From contig CAYPKD010000005.1 in NCBI GenBank assembly GCA_964411255.1, forward strand, positions 5,547 to 69,546: a stretch of 64,000 bases of DNA, in the 5' to 3' direction. The notes under the pieces were generated by a model. The model ran no database searches and was not told where the DNA came from. It saw nothing but the letters and a program-made list of their open reading frames with translations. Position numbers and translations under genes: made by a program. The first letter of the stretch is position 1, and the number at the start of each line of letters is the position of its first letter. The stretch is from an uncultured Gammaproteobacteria bacterium. Lineage in GTDB: Bacteria; Patescibacteriota; Patescibacteriia; UBA11705; DATKZF01. Positions 39,724 through 49,640 of the stretch are shown piece by piece.

Positions 39724-41076
39724 TTAAACTCCGAGTTGCTTAAGTAAGGGCTTCATGGCAATCATTTGATCCAGTTTTTCACCAACGGTAACCATACCGA
39801 CTTTGGTTTGAAAGCATAATCTTTTCCATTCGTCTTCAATTCTATTTACATAATCCCGTGCATTTGTTGGCAGTTCGATAAATTCCCTACATTTGCCAGT
39901 TGGTTTGAACCAACCAGGAACAGTGAGATTTACTGGCTGGCATTCATACCATTTTTGAATATCAGCTGGCGGGAATTCTAAACTTTTTCCTTCATAATTC
40001 CAGTTATACGTGACTGGAATTTTTTCAAGACCTCCCAAGACATCCAGCTTAGTAAAAGCGACTAAGTCTGGTTGAGCCATTCTGAGCGCATGACGCAAAA
40101 GTACATGATCAAGAGGACCACATCGACGCGGTCTTCTAGTAGTTACACCAAATTCATCACCATTTTTTCTAACTTGCTTTCCGAAGAATTCCAAATCTTC
40201 ACCTGGAATTGGTCCGCTGCCCACTCTGGTTGTGTAAAGCTTGGCAATACCTAAGGTAAAAGCAATATCTTTTAATGACAGACCAGCGTGACCCAAAAGA
40301 CCGCCGGGTGTGGTTAAAGAAGAAGTGACAAATGGATAAGTTCCGACAATTCTATCCAGTAAAAGACCTTGGCCTGGTTCGATGATTCCTATTTCGCCGT
40401 TTTTCCTAATTTTCTCAAAAAGCTCAATAGTATCGCCAACATTATTTGAAAAACCATGTGCCATCTCCAGAATTAAATCAAGATCAAACTTTTCTTCAGG
40501 CAGATTGCAGCCTTTAAGGAAAGCATTGGCCAGTTTATAAGCCATTTCGATTTTTTGTTCAGCTCTTTTTCGACTATCAAGCAAATCACTGAAAGTCGGC
40601 CCGAACCGGAATGCTTGCATGGCATATGTTGGCCCAATGGCATTGGCTGTGGTACCAATGTTATCTTTGCCTTTTAATTCCTCAAGCGCTTTTTCAAGGG
40701 TTTTATATACTGGCAGAATGATTTGAGCCCGGCAGTCAATTACAGTTCGATTGACATCAACGTCTTGTTGGCTTAGAACATCCATTTCTAATTGTAATTT
40801 TTCAAGATCAATTACTGTGCCAGCACCAATGATAGCAGTGATGTCAGGATCAAAAACTGCCAGCGGCATATTATGACTTTTGCAAAAAATACCATTGTCG
40901 TCTCTATAGCTATGACCAGAATTTCCGCCGCCATTAGGCTTGATTGCCCACCTGATTTTTAGACCATTTTGTTTTAGGAATTTTGCCAGCCTAAGAGCAA
41001 TTGATCCCTTGGCATTATCTCCCCATAATAAATCAACTAGTTGTATAAATTTACCTGCCAGGTTATTTGGTGGCAT
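39724..41076 (-). CDS. purA: adenylosuccinate synthetase (divergent)
   Basis: LWGDNAKGS (P-loop-like), GGNSGHS, and TTRRPRRCGPLDHVLLRHA...TKLDVL blocks. The P-loop deviates from canonical GDEGKGK. Confidence 0.75.
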   Translation of the reverse strand: MPPNNLAGKFIQLVDLLWGDNAKGSIALRLAKFLKQNGLKIRWAIKPNGGGNSGHSYRDDNGIFCKSHNMPLAVFDPDITAIIGAGTVIDLEKLQLEMDVLSQQDVDVNRTVIDCRAQIILPVYKTLEKALEELKGKDNIGTTANAIGPTYAMQAFRFGPTFSDLLDSRKRAEQKIEMAYKLANAFLKGCNLPEEKFDLDLILEMAHGFSNNVGDTIELFEKIRKNGEIGIIEPGQGLLLDRIVGTYPFVTSSLTTPGGLLGHAGLSLKDIAFTLGIAKLYTTRVGSGPIPGEDLEFFGKQVRKNGDEFGVTTRRPRRCGPLDHVLLRHALRMAQPDLVAFTKLDVLGGLEKIPVTYNWNYEGKSLEFPPADIQKWYECQPVNLTVPGWFKPTGKCREFIELPTNARDYVNRIEDEWKRLCFQTKVGMVTVGEKLDQMIAMKPLLKQLGV

Positions 41077-41179
41077 TAGATGCCCTCCTTTCCCTTTTTC
41101 AAGGAACTTGAGCCCCTGTATATCTTAGTCAAATAAGGGGATTTGGTCAAGGGCTTTTCAGGTAACATGTAGCATGTAT

Positions 41180-41212
41180 CAAAAAACCGACAGGCAAGCT
41201 GTTCGGTTTTTA
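41180..41212. terminator. bidirectional terminator after trpS
   Basis: Hairpin aaccgacaggcaagctgttcggtt flanked by an A-run and a T-run. Confidence 0.7.
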
Positions 41213-41220
41213 AATTCGTT

Positions 41221-42198
41221 TTATTTTACTAATCCGATTTGTTCTTTTACCCGTTCCAATGTTTGTGAAGCAACTTTTTGTGCGTTTTCTGCTCCTTTTT
41301 CTAAAATTTTTAAAACCTTTTTATCATCAAGTTCATTTATTTTATCTTGAATAGGATTTAGAAATTCAATAATTTTTTCAGCTAAGTCTTTTTTAAAATT
41401 ACCATAACCTTTGCCTGCATATTTTTTTTCAATTGATTTGATTTCTTCGCCAGTTACTAAGTGGTAAATGGTTAACAGATTGGAAACCGCAGGTTTATCA
41501 TCAGCATATTTTATTTCAGATCCAGAATCAGTGACTGCTTTCATTATTTTTTTGCGAATTAAATCTGGCTGATCTGTTATTGCAATATAATTATATTCTG
41601 AAGCGGCAGATTTGCTCATCTTTTGTGTTGGGTCATCGAGCCCCATCAAGCGGGCACCATGTTCTGGCACAAAAGTTTTCGGTACTTTTAGAGCATCCCC
41701 ATACAAATTATTAAACTTCTTGGCAACTGTTCTGGTTAATTCAACATGCTGCATCTGATCTTCACCTACTGGGACAACATCAGTGTCATAAAGCAAAATA
41801 TCTGCAGCCATTAGTACTGGATAGGTGAAAAGACCGGCATTGATATTTTCCTTATGTTTTTGTGCCTTGTCTTTAAATTGAGTCATCCGCTCTAATTCAG
41901 CAATCGGAGTAATAGTGCTTAGGATCCAGGACAGCTCAGTATGTTCAGATAAATGTGATTGAATAAATAACGTGCATTTTTTTGGATCAAGTCCAGCAGC
42001 AATAAATATTTTTGCCAGATTCAAAGTATTTTGTCTTAATATTTCAGGTTGCTGATAAACTGTTAAGGCATGGAGATCAACTATACAAAAATAAGAATCA
42101 TATTCATTTATGAAGTTAAGCCAGTTTTTTATTGCGCCAAAGTAATTTCCGAGATGAATTATACCGCTTGGCTGGATTCCACTTAAAATTCTTTTCAT
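41221..42198 (-). CDS. trpS: tryptophanyl-tRNA synthetase
   Basis: HIGH-type motif PSGIIHLGNY and KMSKS. Confidence 0.9.
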   Translation of the reverse strand: MKRILSGIQPSGIIHLGNYFGAIKNWLNFINEYDSYFCIVDLHALTVYQQPEILRQNTLNLAKIFIAAGLDPKKCTLFIQSHLSEHTELSWILSTITPIAELERMTQFKDKAQKHKENINAGLFTYPVLMAADILLYDTDVVPVGEDQMQHVELTRTVAKKFNNLYGDALKVPKTFVPEHGARLMGLDDPTQKMSKSAASEYNYIAITDQPDLIRKKIMKAVTDSGSEIKYADDKPAVSNLLTIYHLVTGEEIKSIEKKYAGKGYGNFKKDLAEKIIEFLNPIQDKINELDDKKVLKILEKGAENAQKVASQTLERVKEQIGLVK

Positions 42199-42207
42199 AT
42201 ATTTTTA

Positions 42208-42244
42208 GATTGGTAGATCGGTAGATTTGTAGATTGGTAGTTAG
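42208..42244. repeat. GGTAGAT-unit repeat block (left inverted repeat of 4HB cassette)
   Basis: gattggtagatcggtagatttgtagattggtagttag; its reverse complement recurs at 42674-42710. Confidence 0.55.
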
Positions 42245-42246
42245 AA

Positions 42247-42647
42247 TTATTTATTATTTAATTCTTTAGTTTTTGAATTTGTCATTTTATTCAACATTCG
42301 CATGACTTCATTTAATAAATTATCAACTTTTAAAAAATTTAATTTTTTTCCAAATGGTAGACGATTGGCAATTTCTATTTGAGTTTCTAATTCTGCCCCG
42401 GAAGCATATGCTACTATTAAAAAGTGACGATATTCTTTTATTGTTAGTCGTTTTTTTCCTTCAGCGATATTCGAGGGGATAGATATAGCTGTTTTTCGTG
42501 TATGTTGAATTAATCCAAATGATTCAATTTTCGGATATTATTCTGTTAATTCATAGACCGCGACAACTAAATCCATTGCTTTTTGCCAAACAATTAATTT
42601 CCGGTAATCCCCAGGTTGATTAATTTCATTTTAAAATAATTTCCCAT
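42247..42647 (-). pseudogene. four-helix-bundle protein (Avd / 23S rRNA IVS protein, TIGR02436-like), disrupted
   Basis: The minus strand encodes MGNYFKMKLI..VWQKAMDLVVAVYELTE*YPKIESFGLIQHTRKTAISIPSNIAEGKKRLTIKEYRHFLIVAYASGAELETQIEIANRL.... A 26-nt duplication-type insertion (direct repeat attaatttc at 42594/42620) shifts the frame. There is an in-frame TAA at 42538-42540. Not in the ORF track. Confidence 0.6.
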
Positions 42648-42673
42648 GTACTTTTATCCTATCATTTAAATCT

Positions 42674-42710
42674 CTACTGATCTACCAATCTACCGCCCTA
42701 CCGAACTAAC
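42674..42710. repeat. inverted copy of GGTAGAT-unit repeat block (right IR)
   Basis: ctactgatctaccaatctaccgccctaccgaactaac is the reverse complement of the block at 42208-42244. Confidence 0.55.
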
Positions 42711-42713
42711 TTA

Positions 42714-44444
42714 TTAAATTTCAATAACTACAGGCAAGACCATTGGTCTTCTTTTAGTTTTCTTAAATAAGAATGAGCCTACTTCATTTCGTAGCCTATT
42801 TTTTATGTTATTTGGATCTGACGGGCATTTTGGATTTTTATCTTTGATAATTTTTCGGACAAGGCTGCGGGCGTTTTCAACTAATTCCCGGCTTTCTTTC
42901 ATATATATAAATCCTCTGGAAATAATGTCCGGACTTCCGATTAATTCTCCGGTTTTTCGGCTAATAGTGGCAATGACCACAAACATGCCATCTTCTGACA
43001 TCTGCCTTCTGTCTCTTAACACAATATTACTGATATCGCCGACACCCAGTCCATCAACCATTACGTATTCGGTTGGTACTCGTTTTTTTGTCAAGGTACC
43101 TCTTGCTGTTTTGCCGCGCTTTGTAAATTCAATAATTTGTCCATTATCAGCAATAAAAATATTAGATGCAGGAATGCCCATACTTTCTGCTACCTCTGCA
43201 TTTCCGCGTAACATAAAATGATTGGCTTCAATCGGGATGTAGTATTGTGGTTTTAGCAATCTGATAAGCATTTTTACATCTTCTTGTTTGGCATGTCCGC
43301 CAGCATGAACGTCCATTAGCTTATTATGAAATAATTTTGCTCCCTGGCGGGTTAGCGTGTCTTTAAGGCTTTGAATTGTTCGTTCATTACCTGGAATTAC
43401 TGAAGACGAAAATATAACAGTGTCGCCTTTTGCAATACTTAAAAATCGATGATCATTATTTGCAATTCTCATTAGAACAGCATTATTTTCGCCTTGAGCA
43501 CCTGTTCCAATAACCACTTGTTTGTTTGCAGGCAGTCGCAAAAACGGTCCTTGTTCGACAATTGTACCAGGCTTAATTTTTAAATAACCTAATTTATGAG
43601 CAATTTCAACATTAGAAACCATACTCCGGCCATCTAAATAAACTTTTTTGCCATATCTTTCAGATATGCTGATTAATTGCTGCACTCGATTTAGTGACGA
43701 GGCAAATGTCCCGACAATAATTCTACCCGGAGCCACTTTGAAAATTTTATCAATATCTTCGCCAACTGTACTTTCAGATATTTGATAACCCGGCTGCATG
43801 GCGTTTGTACTGTCAGACATTAAAGCCAATACTCCGCTTGCTCCTATTTGTGCAATTCTGTTTAAATCAGCAGGTTTATCATTGACTGGATTAAAGTCGA
43901 TTTTAAAGTCACCTGTATGAACAATATTTCCGACAGGGGAGTTAATAACGACTCCAAAACTGTCCGGAATGTTATGATTAACCCTGAAAAAGTTGACTCG
44001 GAGTTTCCCAAGCTGGATATTGTCTTTTTCCGGATCAATAATCTGAATGTTTAGTTTTTGAGTTTTGAATTCCTCATGCCGTTTTTGGATCATTCCTGCC
44101 GTTAGTTTTGCAGTGTAAATTGGTGGGAAGCTAAGCTTTGGCATTAAGTATGAAATTGCACCAATATGGTCAAGGTGACCATGAGTGATAATTACACCTT
44201 TAATTTTTTTGAGCTTGTCTTCCAGGTAAGTGATGTCTGGGATAATAAAATCAATACCAGGCATGTGTTCTTCTGGAAATTGAAGTCCCATATCGATTAA
44301 GACAATGTCATTGCCATATTCGATCAGGGTCATGTTCCGGCCGACTTCTTCCAGTCCGCCTAAAACAATGATTTTTAGTTTGTTAGAAGATTCTCTGCTA
44401 GTCCATTTTCGTCTAACAGGTCTTTTTGTTTGTTTTCGAATCAT
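42714..44444 (-). CDS. rnj: ribonuclease J
   Basis: Metallo-beta-lactamase HGHLDH motif, beta-CASP and C-terminal domains. Confidence 0.85.
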   Translation of the reverse strand: MIRKQTKRPVRRKWTSRESSNKLKIIVLGGLEEVGRNMTLIEYGNDIVLIDMGLQFPEEHMPGIDFIIPDITYLEDKLKKIKGVIITHGHLDHIGAISYLMPKLSFPPIYTAKLTAGMIQKRHEEFKTQKLNIQIIDPEKDNIQLGKLRVNFFRVNHNIPDSFGVVINSPVGNIVHTGDFKIDFNPVNDKPADLNRIAQIGASGVLALMSDSTNAMQPGYQISESTVGEDIDKIFKVAPGRIIVGTFASSLNRVQQLISISERYGKKVYLDGRSMVSNVEIAHKLGYLKIKPGTIVEQGPFLRLPANKQVVIGTGAQGENNAVLMRIANNDHRFLSIAKGDTVIFSSSVIPGNERTIQSLKDTLTRQGAKLFHNKLMDVHAGGHAKQEDVKMLIRLLKPQYYIPIEANHFMLRGNAEVAESMGIPASNIFIADNGQIIEFTKRGKTARGTLTKKRVPTEYVMVDGLGVGDISNIVLRDRRQMSEDGMFVVIATISRKTGELIGSPDIISRGFIYMKESRELVENARSLVRKIIKDKNPKCPSDPNNIKNRLRNEVGSFLFKKTKRRPMVLPVVIEI

Positions 44445-44550
44445 ATTCTAAAGTTTTTTTCGTGGCATGTTGATAAGGTTTTTTGAAAATAAAAAATATT
44501 ATTTGCCACCATTTGTTGATTAATTTATTAATATTGAAGCAAGTAAAGTT

Positions 44551-46395
44551 TTACTTAGACCAAGCTCTTTTTGTTTTAATATACCAATTTGAGATATTAG
44601 CAAAACGATGAGCAGGAGTAATTATTTGATGAGATCCTGAACCATTAATTTTTTTAGTAACAGGATATGTATAGGTAGGATTAAATAGAAAAATAGCTGG
44701 AATTTCTTCACTGATAATTTTTTGAAATTCAATATATTTTTTTCCTCTTTCTTCATTTGAAGTGGTGTTTCTGGCTTCTTCAAGCAATTTATCAGCTTTG
44801 GCATTTCTAAAACAAGACAGGTTCAAACCTGGATGTTGGCATTGGCTGGAATGCCAAAATGGATAGGGATCAGGGTCGTAACCCAGTATTTCTCCGTAAA
44901 GCAAAATTTCATAATTTCTTTCTTTTATTAAACTTCGCTGAATTTCATTAGCATCTAAAATATTTAGATTTGTTTTTACTCCGATCTGCTGCCAGAACTG
45001 CTGAATTCCTTTGGCTATTTTTTCAAATTCTGCCTGATTAGGGGCGGTAATTGTTAATTCTAAAAATTTATCATCTTTTTTTCTAACTTTAAAAGGATAT
45101 AGTTCGTCTGAATTTTCATTAGAATAGTCAGTCGATTTCCAGCCGGCTTCATCAAGTATTTTTTTTGCTTCTTCGACATTAAAATTATATTTTTTTATAT
45201 CATCAGAAAATCCGATGTAGCCTGGTAAAATAGGACTCTCAATAGTAGAAGCAGATTCCTCATAGACAGAATTTTTTATTTGCTCTTTATTAATGGCAAA
45301 AGCAAGGCTTTGTCTGACTGCTTTGTTTTTCAAAAGATCGTTTTTATTTTGATTTAAAAACAATGCAATGTATTGAGGCAGGGAGAACTGCTGGAAGTTA
45401 ACGCTTCTGTTATTAAATATTTTTTCTTTAAATTGCCCAGGCAGATAACTAATGCTTTCAATGTTCTTATTATTCAAAGCATCAATGGCGCTGTTAAAGT
45501 CTGGATAAAATTTAAAAGTCAATTGATCAATAAAAGGTTGGTCGCCATGATATAAATCATTTTTTACTAAGGTAATGCTTTTTATTGCACCATTTCTTTC
45601 TTTGGTAAGAGATTTTATCTTATATCGGCCGTTGCCAATTGGCTTTAAATTATATTCAGCCAAATTCATGTTTTCAGCGGGAATGTCTATCAGTATATGT
45701 TCTGGCAGAATGCCAAATGACAATGACTCAATGAACAGAGCAAAAGGTTTTTCCAAAGTGAATTTGACAGTATAATCATCCAGCTTTTCTGTTTGCACGC
45801 CACTGAAATTAAAAATTAAAGGACTTTTCGTATTTGGATCCTTAATTCTATCTATGGTGAATAAAATATCATCTGCATTTATTTTTTCATTATCATCCCA
45901 GAAAAGGTCTTCTCTTAGATGAAATGTATACACTTTCTGATCTTCACTAATATCGTATGACGCGGCCATATCATTGACCAGGCCCTTGTCTGGCTCAAAC
46001 TTTAATAAGCCAGAAAATAAAAGATAGCTTAAATCCAGATCAACATCATTTGTCTGCGCCAAAATAGGATTTATATATTGAGGCGATCCGATCAATCCTT
46101 CAGTATATTCTCCGCCGGAAGCTGCGATTACATTTGAATTTATCCAATAAAAATTTATCCCAATACTGACGATGCTTAAAATAATAACGGTAGAAAGAAT
46201 TTTAATTAATATTGATTCTTTTTTTGAAAAGAATTTTTTTAGGTATTTAAGTTGCTTAAAAGATGGTAATTTTTTTTGTTTACTTAAATCCTGAACCAAT
46301 CTTTGATCCATTTTCATTTGCATTTGAACCTTTTTTAATCTAGATTGTTTCTTAGTGTTTGTTCTACTTAAAAAATTGTGAAAAGGATTATTCAC
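44551..46395 (-). CDS. ABC transporter substrate-binding protein, family 5 (peptide/nickel type)
   Basis: N-terminal TM anchor and SBP_bac_5-like architecture. Confidence 0.65.
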   Translation of the reverse strand: MNNPFHNFLSRTNTKKQSRLKKVQMQMKMDQRLVQDLSKQKKLPSFKQLKYLKKFFSKKESILIKILSTVIILSIVSIGINFYWINSNVIAASGGEYTEGLIGSPQYINPILAQTNDVDLDLSYLLFSGLLKFEPDKGLVNDMAASYDISEDQKVYTFHLREDLFWDDNEKINADDILFTIDRIKDPNTKSPLIFNFSGVQTEKLDDYTVKFTLEKPFALFIESLSFGILPEHILIDIPAENMNLAEYNLKPIGNGRYKIKSLTKERNGAIKSITLVKNDLYHGDQPFIDQLTFKFYPDFNSAIDALNNKNIESISYLPGQFKEKIFNNRSVNFQQFSLPQYIALFLNQNKNDLLKNKAVRQSLAFAINKEQIKNSVYEESASTIESPILPGYIGFSDDIKKYNFNVEEAKKILDEAGWKSTDYSNENSDELYPFKVRKKDDKFLELTITAPNQAEFEKIAKGIQQFWQQIGVKTNLNILDANEIQRSLIKERNYEILLYGEILGYDPDPYPFWHSSQCQHPGLNLSCFRNAKADKLLEEARNTTSNEERGKKYIEFQKIISEEIPAIFLFNPTYTYPVTKKINGSGSHQIITPAHRFANISNWYIKTKRAWSK

Positions 46396-46413
46396 ACAGT
46401 TTATTATTAGATT

Positions 46414-46629
46414 TTAAATAATAATTTGAAGTAATGAAATACCTAAAAATAATATAGAGAGGATTATAGTTAGAGAAAATAATGTTTTTTCAATTCCTCG
46501 TTTTGTCCTATAAACAGCGCTTGTACCGCCAAAAACACCGCTTAATCCAGATCCGCGGTTTTGAAGCAAGATGGTTACTGACAGTAAAACAGCAATAGCC
46601 AACTGTACAATTGTAATTATATTTTTCAT
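46414..46629 (-). CDS. secG: preprotein translocase subunit SecG
   Basis: 71 aa, two TM helices, central LLQNRGSGLSGVFGG resembling SecG's LLQQGKG...FGG. Confidence 0.65.
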   Translation of the reverse strand: MKNIITIVQLAIAVLLSVTILLQNRGSGLSGVFGGTSAVYRTKRGIEKTLFSLTIILSILFLGISLLQIII

Positions 46630-46769
46630 AAGTTTTTTGTAAGAAACGTCAAATGATATTTACATTATAATTGATAAGGACATATTTGTCAATCCCTGTG
46701 TTGTTAGAAAATTTTTTTGTACTCAGTTTCATTTTTCTATGCAGTAAAAAAATGCTATAATATAAATCA

Positions 46770-47465
46770 ATGAAAGAAGCTAATAAATTGTATAAAAACT
46801 GGTGGTTTAAGCCAACAATAGTTATTATTGGCATTCTTTTGATTATAATAATGATAAACGTAAAAGTCAATAGGCCATTTGAGGATTTTATAAAAAAAAT
46901 AAAACAGGCAGCAGTGCCAATTGAAAGCACTTATAATATGGATGAGATACGAACTGACAATGATCCGTATTTGGGGATTAAAGAAGCACCTGTTCAGATT
47001 GTGGAATTCGGAGATTTTAATTGTCCGTATTGCAAGGCTTCTGTATCAATAATGAGAGAAGTACTGCTAGAGTATGAAGATGAAGTTTTTTATCAGTTCA
47101 GAGATTTTCCAGTAGTATCTGAACAATCAATATTTTTGGCAATGGCAGGCAGCTGCGCTCATGAGCAAAATAAATTTTGGGCATTACATGATTTGCTCTT
47201 TCAAAGACAGGGAGAAATTAATGAACTCAATATTAATCAGTATGCGCAAAGCGTGGGCTTGAACACCAATCAGTTTAGTGAATGTATAAGTAGTGAAAAA
47301 TTTAAAAATGAAGCAATGGAAGATTTTTTAGCTGGAGATAAATTGCAGGTCAAGGGCACGCCAACATTTTTCGTTAATGGGAACAAATTCCAGGGCGTAC
47401 CAACAAAGGAAAATTTAAAAAGAATAATTGATCAGCTTATTTTAATAGAAGAAAAAAAACAATAG
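46770..47465 (+). CDS. DsbA-like thiol:disulfide oxidoreductase (membrane-anchored)
   Basis: TM anchor and FGDFNCPYCK CxxC thioredoxin-fold motif. Confidence 0.7.
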   Translation: MKEANKLYKNWWFKPTIVIIGILLIIIMINVKVNRPFEDFIKKIKQAAVPIESTYNMDEIRTDNDPYLGIKEAPVQIVEFGDFNCPYCKASVSIMREVLLEYEDEVFYQFRDFPVVSEQSIFLAMAGSCAHEQNKFWALHDLLFQRQGEINELNINQYAQSVGLNTNQFSECISSEKFKNEAMEDFLAGDKLQVKGTPTFFVNGNKFQGVPTKENLKRIIDQLILIEEKKQ

Positions 47466-47472
47466 TTTATAT

Positions 47473-48024
47473 ATGAAAGAAATAAGAATACATGGGCGAG
47501 GTGGTCAAGGCACAGTTACTGCAGCTGAACTTTTAGCAATGGCAATTTTTTTTGATGGCAAATATTCTCAAGCTTTTCCAAACTTTGGAGTAGAAAGAAG
47601 GGGTGCGCCTGTAGAATCATATGTTAGAATTGGCAAAAAGCCAATCAGGCTGCGTTCCCAGATTTATAAGCCAGACTTTTTAATCATTATGGATTTAAGT
47701 TTATTAGATTTGCAGCAGGTTTTAGCAGGTACAAATAAGGATACGATTGCGCTGGTTAATAGCGAGGTAAAACGAAAATTAAAGGGAATGAAATCGTATC
47801 ATATACCTGCCACTTCTGTTGCCCTAGAAGCGATTGGCAGTCCATTGCTTATCAATACGGCATTAATGGCAGCCTTTATTACAATAACTAAATTGGTTGA
47901 TTTTGATTCATTGATAAAGGCAGTACAAGAAAGATTTTTATATAAGGGAGAAGAAGTAGTTAAAAAAAATATTATTGCAATGAAAGTGGCGAAAAAATTT
48001 ATGGAAGAAGAATACAGCTTGTAA
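47473..48024 (+). CDS. porG: pyruvate/2-oxoacid:ferredoxin oxidoreductase gamma subunit
   Basis: MKEIRIHGRGGQGTVTAAELLA N-terminus typical of POR gamma. Confidence 0.85.
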   Translation: MKEIRIHGRGGQGTVTAAELLAMAIFFDGKYSQAFPNFGVERRGAPVESYVRIGKKPIRLRSQIYKPDFLIIMDLSLLDLQQVLAGTNKDTIALVNSEVKRKLKGMKSYHIPATSVALEAIGSPLLINTALMAAFITITKLVDFDSLIKAVQERFLYKGEEVVKKNIIAMKVAKKFMEEEYSL

Positions 48025-48034
48025 TAACAAAATT

Positions 48035-48313
48035 ATGAAAAAACCATTACATACCAAATCAGGTACAACCAAAGATAATAAAACAGGTTCATGGCGGACA
48101 TATGTGCCAGTTGTTGATCATGATAAATGCATTGCCTGCGGAATTTGCGCTCGCGTATGCCCTGAAGGATGTGTTTTTCCGGTGGGAGAAAGAGTGTTAC
48201 AGAAAAATGCTAAAATTTTTTATGAACATGACTTGGATTATTGCAAGGGCTGCGGAGTTTGCGTTGAAGAATGCCCGGTTAAGTGTATAAAAATGGTTAG
48301 AGAGGAAAAGTAA
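48035..48313 (+). CDS. porD: POR delta subunit (2x[4Fe-4S] ferredoxin)
   Basis: Two CxxCxxCxxxCP clusters. Confidence 0.85.
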   Translation: MKKPLHTKSGTTKDNKTGSWRTYVPVVDHDKCIACGICARVCPEGCVFPVGERVLQKNAKIFYEHDLDYCKGCGVCVEECPVKCIKMVREEK

Positions 48314-48436
48314 TTTAAATTTGAGAATAGTTATTTAGAAATCAGTATTAGAAATAAGATAATAAAAATAGTTTTTAAATACTAATTTCAAATTTCCATT
48401 TTCCATTACCAATTTTGATTTTCTATAAACTAATTT

Positions 48437-49539
48437 CTATGAGAAAAAACATTGAGGGATCAGAAGCAATAGCTGAGGTGGTTAAATTAATACAACCAGA
48501 AGTGGTAGCCACTTTTCCAATTACACCTCAGACTCATATAATAGAACATCTGGCTAAATATAAAGCAGATGGTGAGGTTGGTTTTGAATATATAAAAACT
48601 GAAAGTGAGTTTGCAGCAGCCTCAGTTGTTTTGGGTGCCAGCGCGATGGGGGTACGGGTATACACCGCTTCCAGCTCACAAGGATTGCTTTTAATGGGCG
48701 AGGTTTTATATGACATTGCTGGCATGAGATTGCCCGTGGTTATAACTGCAGCTAATAGGGCGATTTCCGCGCCATTAAATATTTGGAATGACCATCAGGA
48801 TGTAATGCCTTTTCGTGATGCTGGCTGGATAATGCTTTTTGCTGAGACTAATCAGGAGGCGATGGATCTGCATCTTTTGGCTTTCAAGTTGGCTGAAAAA
48901 TTATCGCTCCCAGCAATGGTTTGCATGGATGGTTTTGTCTTAACCCACACTTATGAGCCGGTTGACATTCCAAAGTTAAGCGAAGTTAAAAAGTTTTTAC
49001 CTAAATACAGGCCAAAGAAAAATACATATTTAGATGTGATTAATCCGGTTAGCCTGGGTTGTTTTGCCACCCCAGCTGATTATCAGGAAATAAGACTGGA
49101 ATTACATGAGGATTTATTAAAATCAAAAAATCTATTCATTCAGGAAGCAAAGAAATTTAAAAAGATTTTTAAACGGAATTTAAATATTATTGATTATTAC
49201 GGCCCAAAAAATGCAAAAACTGTAATTGTCGCGATGGGAGCAGCTTTAGGCACCATTAAAGAAGCTGCAGATCAGTTAAATGAAAAAGGATCAAAGGTGG
49301 GAGTATTAAAAATATCAATGCTGCGGCCTTTTCCAAAAATGGAAATAAAACATTTATTAAAAGATAAAAAAAACGTGATTGTTCTGGATCGGGCAATATC
49401 ACTGGGTTCTGGTGGTATATTATATAATGAGGTTAGAAATGCTTTATGCAATACCAATGCCAAGGTTAGCGGAGCAGTAAACGGCTTGGGTGGAAGGGAT
49501 ATTACAATTGATTTTATTAAAAAACTTATTGTAGCGTGA
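48437..49539 (+). CDS. porA: POR alpha subunit
   Basis: EGSEAIAEVVKLIQPEVVATFPITPQT N-terminus; start at ATG 48437. Confidence 0.85.
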
Positions 49540-49552
49540 TAATTTTGAGAAT

Positions 49553-49631
49553 TGGAGGTTACGGAATTACGGAAGGTTACTGATATTACGGATATCCGTA
49601 GTATCCGTAATAATCAGTAAATCCGTAATCC
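49553..49631. promoter_or_regulatory. palindromic array of TTACGGA / TCCGTAA repeats (operator-like)
   Basis: ggttacggaattacggaaggttactgatattacggatatccgtagtatccgtaataatcagtaaatccgtaatcc: three direct TTACGGA on the left and three TCCGTAA on the right, around a perfect 14-bp palindrome tacggatatccgta. Confidence 0.55.
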
Positions 49632-49640
49632 CTAATAAAT

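Noticed and set aside
46649-46930. 93-aa minus ORF
   Set aside because: It overlaps the start of the DsbA-like + gene and the secG promoter region. It has a hydrophobic low-complexity translation and no RBS.
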